64,000 nt of DNA from a virus: positions 2,424-66,423 of IMG/VR virus record IMGVR_UViG_3300049043_000066; one strand, given 5' to 3'. The position numbers were made by a program, and so were the translations under genes. The notes under the pieces were generated by a model. That model was not told the origin of the DNA, made no database searches, and worked only from the letters and a program-made list of their open reading frames with translations. Of this stretch, positions 58,073 through 64,000 are shown piece by piece (the first letter of the stretch is position 1; every line of letters starts with the position of its first letter).

Positions 58073-59131
58073 TCAACTAAAGTTCAGTGAAGCACCAGCA
58101 AGCAACTGTGTTCCTGCAGTTCCTACTCTATGAACGGTGAAAGAAAGCAAACTAATCGCACCAGAAGTCGTTGGAAGAACTGGTGGTGAACCTGATGGGA
58201 ATAAGAAGTAAGTGCTAAATCCAACGGTTGCAATACCAGAGTTTACAATTCTTACTGTATGACTATCTCCTTCTGTACCACCAGAAACTGTGATGGTTGT
58301 GATACCTGTTGCAGTAACTTTATGGTCTTGTGCTGTGCTTAAACTTAATGTTGTAACAATACCTGATGCTGTCAAGTGCTTCTGTTTGAATACCAGCAGC
58401 AATGGTAATCGTTGCAATACCAGCAGAAACTGATGTGATTGTTGCACCTGATGCAAAGTTCACAGTTGTTGCTGCACCACCTGCAATCACAGACCCTGCT
58501 TGTCTTAATGATAAACCAGCAGAAACACCAGTCAGTTGTGAACCATCACCTCTATAACTGGTTGCTGTGATGATACCACTACCACCTGTAATATTAATTC
58601 CACCACCACCAGAAATAACAATACCAGACCTTGCAGTAATCAAACCAACGGAGTCTACATTGGTTACATCTTCGTATGTTAATGTCCCAGCAATTGATAC
58701 ATTACCAGTGAATGTTGCTGCAGTACCAGTAATGTTTCCACTGAATGTTGTTGCAGTTAAAACACCAGAGGTTGAGTTAAACAACAAGTTTGCATTGGTT
58801 GCAGCAGTCGTCATTGTACCTGTGGTGAGGCTTGTTAAGACAACTCTTTGCGAACCTGAACCAGCACTTAAACTTTGATCCTGCGTTTTGTAGACCAGAA
58901 CCATCACCAACAAAACTGGTAGCAGTAACAATACCACCACTGATTGTTACTCCAGTTCCAACTTTAAGTGTGGTTGCTGTTGCTACTCCAACAGAAAGAC
59001 CACTCGCATTTAAAGTGTTTGTACTTCCTGCAATATCATATTCAGTTGCGGTGATGATACCAGTAAAACTTGCACCACCTTGATACATTTCCTGATATAT
59101 TACTGACTAGTTGTACTTTCGTCTGGGACAT
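58073..59131 (-). CDS. Tail-fibre-like protein (frameshifted)
   Basis: MSQTKVQLV...TLTYEDVTNVDS...YRGDGSQLT. Confidence 0.7.
58633..58733. repeat. About 101-bp direct repeat, identical by eye to 63688-63788
   Basis: Encodes ITGTAATFTGNVSIAGTLTYEDVTNVDSVGLITA. Confidence 0.85.
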
Positions 59132-59157
59132 TTTATGGCTCTTTTTAGATATTTATA

Positions 59158-60036
59158 TCATGTTGCAAGATAACGAATACATTAGGATGCCAGATCCACC
59201 GTTTCCGCCATTAACTGGTGGATATGATGTTCCTGATGGGTCTGTTCCACCCCCACCCCCACCACCACTGTTTGTAACTCCAGGTGATCCAATATTTGGT
59301 GGACCTTCTCCTCCACCATTTCCACCACCACCTAAACCACCAGTTCCATATGTATTAGGTCCTGCATCCCAATATCCACCACCGCCACCACCACCAAAGT
59401 AACCACTTAAAGGTGATAAAGATGGTACACCAATTAATGATCCAGTAAATGCTGGAAGTTGTGTTCCATTTCCACCTGGATTTCCTGGACCATTTCTAAA
59501 TGGTTGTGGTCCAGCGCCACCATTTCCACCTCCTGGAGATCCACCGGCACCACCATATCCACCACCGTTGCCATTACTATTTCCTGCATCAATAACATCT
59601 GGTCCACCAGTTCCACCAGGGGCAGTGACACTGGAAAATGTAGTGCTTCCTCCTGAAGATCCAGCATTTGGAGAAGATGCTGATGGACCACCAGGTCCAG
59701 GAGTTCCAACTGTAACTGAATAAGAACCAACTGCTATTGGAAAAGAAGAATTATATACTACGGCGCCTCCGCCGCCGCCACCGCCGGCAGCACCTCCACG
59801 ACCGCCGCCGCCGCCGCCAACAGCAACTACTTCAACAATTCCACCACTTGTAACTGTAAAAGTTCCTGGAGAAGTAAAAGTATGATACTTATATCCATTT
59901 CCTGGAGCCAGTAGCACTTACGTTACCGCCAGTTGCAGAAATTGGAATAATAGTAATTCCCGCAGATGCATCAGTACCACTTCTAAAAAGTGTCTGCAAA
60001 TTGTTGTAGTGGATTATTAAATGATCTTACGCCCAT
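59158..60036 (-). CDS. Glycine-rich virion protein
   Basis: APGNGYKYHTFTSPG...PLSGYFGGG...GSG..IRY. Confidence 0.75.
59839..59940. repeat. About 100-bp near-identical direct repeat of 62837-62938
   Basis: Encodes SATGGNVSA.APGNGYKYHTFTSPGTFTVTSGG. Confidence 0.85.
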
Positions 60037-60054
60037 TTGGTGTTTTTTGAATAT

Positions 60055-61970
60055 TTATGAAGGATAAGCAATTAGGATGACACCAGAACCACCAGAAGCT
60101 CCACTACTTTGGTAGGTTCCTCCACCACCTCCACCGCCAGTGTTGATAACTCCATTTGCAGCAGAAGGAATTGTTGCTGGAGTTCCACCAGGATATTCAG
60201 ATGAAATTATCTCCATATCCTCCACCACTGGCACCACCAGTTCCTGCTCTAATTAGACTGATCTTTGGCAGTGTTTGGAGTTCCCCAAACACCTCCTCCT
60301 CCACCACCAGCAAAGTATGCTCCACCTGGATTTGGTCCAGGAGTTCCAATATTTGAAGTTGTTAATGGATTTCTGAAAGTTGTTGGTGCCTGCAATCCAA
60401 CTCCACCAGCACCAGAAACACCAGGAACTGGAGAACTTACAAAGGCACCACCAGTTCCACCAGCACCTCCACCGCCGCCCGTGTACCATCCACTATTACC
60501 TGGTGAAGGACTTCCTCCGGATGCTGGACCACCCGCATTTGATTGTGGAGTTCCACTAGATCCACCAGGACTTGTTGGAAATCCAGGACCACCCGCACTA
60601 CCTCCACCAGCATTTAATGGTCCTGGTCCAAATGTTGAAGTAGATCCTACCGATCCTCCTCCACCACCTGCTCCTATAGTAATACTATATGGACCAGGAG
60701 ACACTGGAGTAGAACCTGTTGCAAATCCTCCAGCACCCCCACCAGATCCAATATTACTACCTCCGCCGGCGCCGCCTCCAACAATAACATACTCAACAGA
60801 AGTGAGAGTTGGACTTGTAACAGTAAAAGCACCAGTAGATGTAAACATATGAATGGTCTTAAGACCACTTCCACTATTATAGTAAGAAATAGTTCCACCA
60901 GTGGCTTTTGCTGCAAAGAAACCACTTGTTACATAACGAATAACCACAATACCCTTTCCACCATTTCCACCCGTTGCTGGTCCATTTCTTTCGGATCCAC
61001 CGCCACCGCCACCTGTGTTGACAGATCCATTTTGAGCGACTGGTCCTCCAGGCCATCCATTACCAGCATCACCCCCGCCGCCAGGTCCACCGTTACCGCC
61101 TATCCCTGGTGGACTATTATAAATTGCTCCTCCACCACCACCTGCATAGGTTTGTGGAGTTGCTGGACCATATCTATAAGTATTTGTTCTTCCTGCTCCA
61201 CCATCACTTCTGGTTGGAGCTGGTGTTGGAGATTGACCTGGGTATCCATATGCTCCTGCTCCACCCCCTCCAGCACCATCCCAAGTTGGCGCCATAACTG
61301 GATAATAATTTGGTCCACCGCCAGGAAATCCATATCCGGTTAACGTTCCATTTGGTCCAGGTTGTGGTGCTTGAGTTCCATTTCCATAATCTGAAACTTG
61401 TGGTGAAGGTGGTTGAGAAACGCCAGAACCTCCACCACCAGATCCACCTGGATTTGCTGTTATTCCACCTTGTCCAACTGGAGAATATGCACCCCCACCG
61501 CCGCCAGTTGCAGTATAAGTAACTGGTCCTCTTGGGTCTAAAAGAGTTGTTGGAGTTCCATTAGCACCTTTATTGGCATTTAAAGCTCCTGCCCCTCTCG
61601 CCACCGACAGTAACTGTATATGAAAGTGGGAACAGCTGGTACTTTAATAAAACCTTCTAAAACTCCTCCTCCTCCACCACCACCTCCGTGATATTGCCCT
61701 CCACCACCACCGCCACCTCCAGGCAACCATCAAAACTTCAAAAGAAGCATCTGCAGAAAATGACCCCAAAGAACTGATATCAAAACTTCCAGGATCTAAA
61801 AAGGTATGTGATCTATAAGAGATTTCACCTACAGTATAGTCATTAATTGTACCACCAGTTGCTGTTATTCCTTGAATACCAAATAAAGCTTCAGTTGATG
61901 CATCAGTCCCCGTTCTGGAAAGATAATCTATGAATGCAGCGATTGGATTATTAAAAGAACGAAGAGACAT
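60055..61970 (-). CDS. Glycine-rich virion protein with two repeated domains (frameshifted)
   Basis: ORFs 61644-61970, 60249-61604 and 60055-60237; GIVVIRY and GVILIAYPS domain ends. Confidence 0.75.
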
Positions 61971-61991
61971 CTTATAGCGTTTTTTGAATAT

Positions 61992-63038
61992 TTATGCTAG
62001 GTAGCGGATAATGACGATACCTGATCCACCACCACCACTACTTCCACTATCTCCTGGACCAGATCCTGCACCACCACCTCCACCACCGGAGTTATTCACA
62101 CCATTTCCACCAGGATTATTAGGTCCAAAATTTGGAGTCTCCACGACCACCATTTCCTCCGCCACCTAATCCACCAGGAACATCTTTACCATCATTACCA
62201 CCACCACCACCTCCAGCAAAATAACCACTTAATGGAGATAATGCAGGAACGCCAATAAGTGTTCCAGTAAATTGAGGAAACTGAACACCATTGCCAGCGT
62301 CACTTCCATTTCCTGGACCACTACTTGTAGTTCCTGTTCCACCGGCACCACCACCACCACCGCCACCGGCACCACCACCTGGGAAAAATCCAGCCGAAGA
62401 TGGTCCACCAGCATTTCCATATTGAGTTATAGATCCATTTGAAAATCCTGGATTAGCAGTTGGTTGAGTAGCAACACCACCTGCAACATTATCTCTGGAT
62501 CCACCACCACCAGAACCTCCTGGCTCTTTGCGATCCATCCATCGGAGTTCCTGCTCCTCCACCAAGTGCAACCAAATATGTTGGACTTGGGTTTGTCCCA
62601 AAAGTTGTTGGACCTCCAGTTGGTTGTTGAGTTGGACTACTATATGGTGGACTATTAGTTCTATCCCATACATTTGGACCGCGATTAAATCCTCCATAAC
62701 CAGGACCAATACTAACGGAATATGGTCCCGGATTTATGGTCATATTGGTTACATATACGACCCCGCCAGCGCCACCGCCGCCTCCTCCGAGAAGATCCTC
62801 CAGAACCTCCTCCACCAACTAATAAAATTTCAATAGTTCCACCACTTGTAACTGTAAAAGTTCCTGGAGAAGTAAAAGTATGATACTTATATCCATTTCC
62901 TGGAGGCCAGAGCACTTACGTTACCGCCAGTTGCAGAAAAAGGAGGAACTACATAAGGATTAGCAAGCCCTTGCTCCAGTTCTATTGAACCGATCTCTAA
63001 ATGTTGCTATTGAATTTCCAATTCCTCTAACAGACCAT
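61992..63038 (-). CDS. Glycine-rich virion protein (frameshifted)
   Basis: PGNGYKYHTFTSPG...PLSGYFAGGG...GIVIIRYLA. Confidence 0.75.
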
Positions 63039-63040
63039 AA

Positions 63041-63444
63041 TTAAATATCAGTATCGCCATTAACCAGGAAATTAACTGCAGATCCAATACCAGCACCACC
63101 AACATCAGGTTGAAGAACTTCTACAACAAGTTTATCTTGGTTCGTCAGTGTGATTGGATAGTTAGTTTCAAAAAGAATGTTGTTTCGCTTGGTGCTAAAT
63201 CAACTCTTAAAACTCTATATGCTGTCACACCTACACCAGTAGCAGCAACACCACTTGGATAAATGTAAAGTGATGTTCTTGCAGTTCCAAGACCAGTATT
63301 ATGCATTACAACACTACGAATATAAGTGGTTGATGCAATACCAACACCACCACCAGTAGAAGTTGTTCCTACAGTTAAGATACCAACCGTTGCAATACCT
63401 GTGACTGAAGTTACATTGAGTAGTTTAGTCTTCTTGAGCGTCAT
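63041..63444 (-). CDS. Small structural protein (MTLKKTKL family)
   Basis: Paralog of 44640-45047. Confidence 0.7.
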
Positions 63445-63464
63445 TGTCTTGTCCTTTTTTGTAT

Positions 63465-63959
63465 TTAGAAGAATAGGTTAGAAGTGATATCGTTTGAACC
63501 GCCTGAACCTGCGGCAGCAACACCAGTTAGATATTGACCGTCTCCATAGTATGTAACAATACCTGTAGCTGCCGTTACAATACCAGAAGAAACCTTAACA
63601 GAACCTAGTGTTGATACGCCAGCAGTTACGTTTAAACCACCAGCAGTGATATCAACACCCCAGCAGTTACCTTTACACCTGACTCTAGCAGTAATCAAAC
63701 CAACGGAGTCTACATTGGTTACATCTTCGTATGTTAATGTCCCAGCAATTGATACATTACCAGTGAATGTTGCTGCAGTACCAGTAATATTCCCAACAGT
63801 AATGTTTGGTGTACCAGAAAGACCCGTTGCGTTTCCAGTGACATTACCAGTTACATTACCTGTTAGGTTACCGCTGAATGTAGTAGCAGTTGCAACTCCA
63901 ATGTTCTGTATATTCCTACTGTCATCAATAACAGTAGTTCCTGAAATCTTAATTGCCAT
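63465..63959 (-). CDS. Short tail-fibre-like protein
   Basis: MAIKISGTTVIDDSR...TLTYEDVTNVDS...YYGDGQYLT; CTAAATA late promoter at ~63988. Confidence 0.7.
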   Translation of the reverse strand: MAIKISGTTVIDDSRNIQNIGVATATTFSGNLTGNVTGNVTGNATGLSGTPNITVGNITGTAATFTGNVSIAGTLTYEDVTNVDSVGLITARVRCKGNCWGVDITAGGLNVTAGVSTLGSVKVSSGIVTAATGIVTYYGDGQYLTGVAAAGSGGSNDITSNLFF

Positions 63960-64000
63960 CTTCGTGTCACCACTCGGCGTTTCTTATTATTTAGCGTTCT

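Noticed and set aside
42600-63000. Plus-strand Pro/Thr/His-rich ORFs (e.g. 60265-60852, 52826-53266)
   Set aside because: Antisense shadows of Gly-rich minus-strand genes.
58633-63788. Diversity-generating retroelement TR/VR pairs
   Set aside because: Repeats lack adenine-specific mismatches, both copies are coding, and no reverse transcriptase is in the window.
1-64000. Widespread pseudogenes or programmed frameshifts
   Set aside because: Breaks fall at different places in the two arms and often at homopolymers, so they are long-read indel errors.
1-64000. tRNA or rRNA genes
   Set aside because: No cloverleaf or rRNA signatures recognised by eye; tRNAscan-SE was not run.

Overview
This is an error-rich (frameshift-ridden) long-read contig that joins two unrelated genomes. 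(1) Most of the window (1-8315 and 20637-64000) is a T4-like cyanomyovirus. It has an early region of small ORFs with repeated sigma70-type promoter modules, two GIY-YIG homing endonucleases, a PD-(D/E)XK nuclease and an SF2 helicase. It also has 2OG-Fe(II) oxygenases and a long minus-strand late region of tail-fibre-like and glycine-rich virion genes, many behind a T4 late promoter (nTAAATA). (2) 8316-20592 is an AT-rich fragment of a Polinton-like/Tlr1/transpoviron-type eukaryotic element. It carries an inactivated pPolB-SF1 helicase-HNH fusion, an rve integrase, an A32-like ATPase, a Dam-like methylase, DUF5754 and Zn-finger proteins, with no capsid gene seen. Bases 1-11375 mirror about 17520-28975 as a giant inverted repeat. 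Oxford Nanopore adapter remnants sit at two junctions (11393-11416 and 20615-20636), so the palindrome, the apparent TIRs and the apparent insertion of the element into the phage are very likely artefacts. The two arms carry codon-respecting differences, suggesting different haplotypes. The best candidate for real novelty is a regulatory cassette in front of both endonucleases: late promoter, then an anti-leader, then an identical GGAGCAGAAATGCTCC terminator, then a second late promoter, then a leader complementary to the anti-leader. It looks like a cassette-specific antisense sRNA system. Coordinates of frameshifted genes are approximate and all calls are by eye, without database searches.
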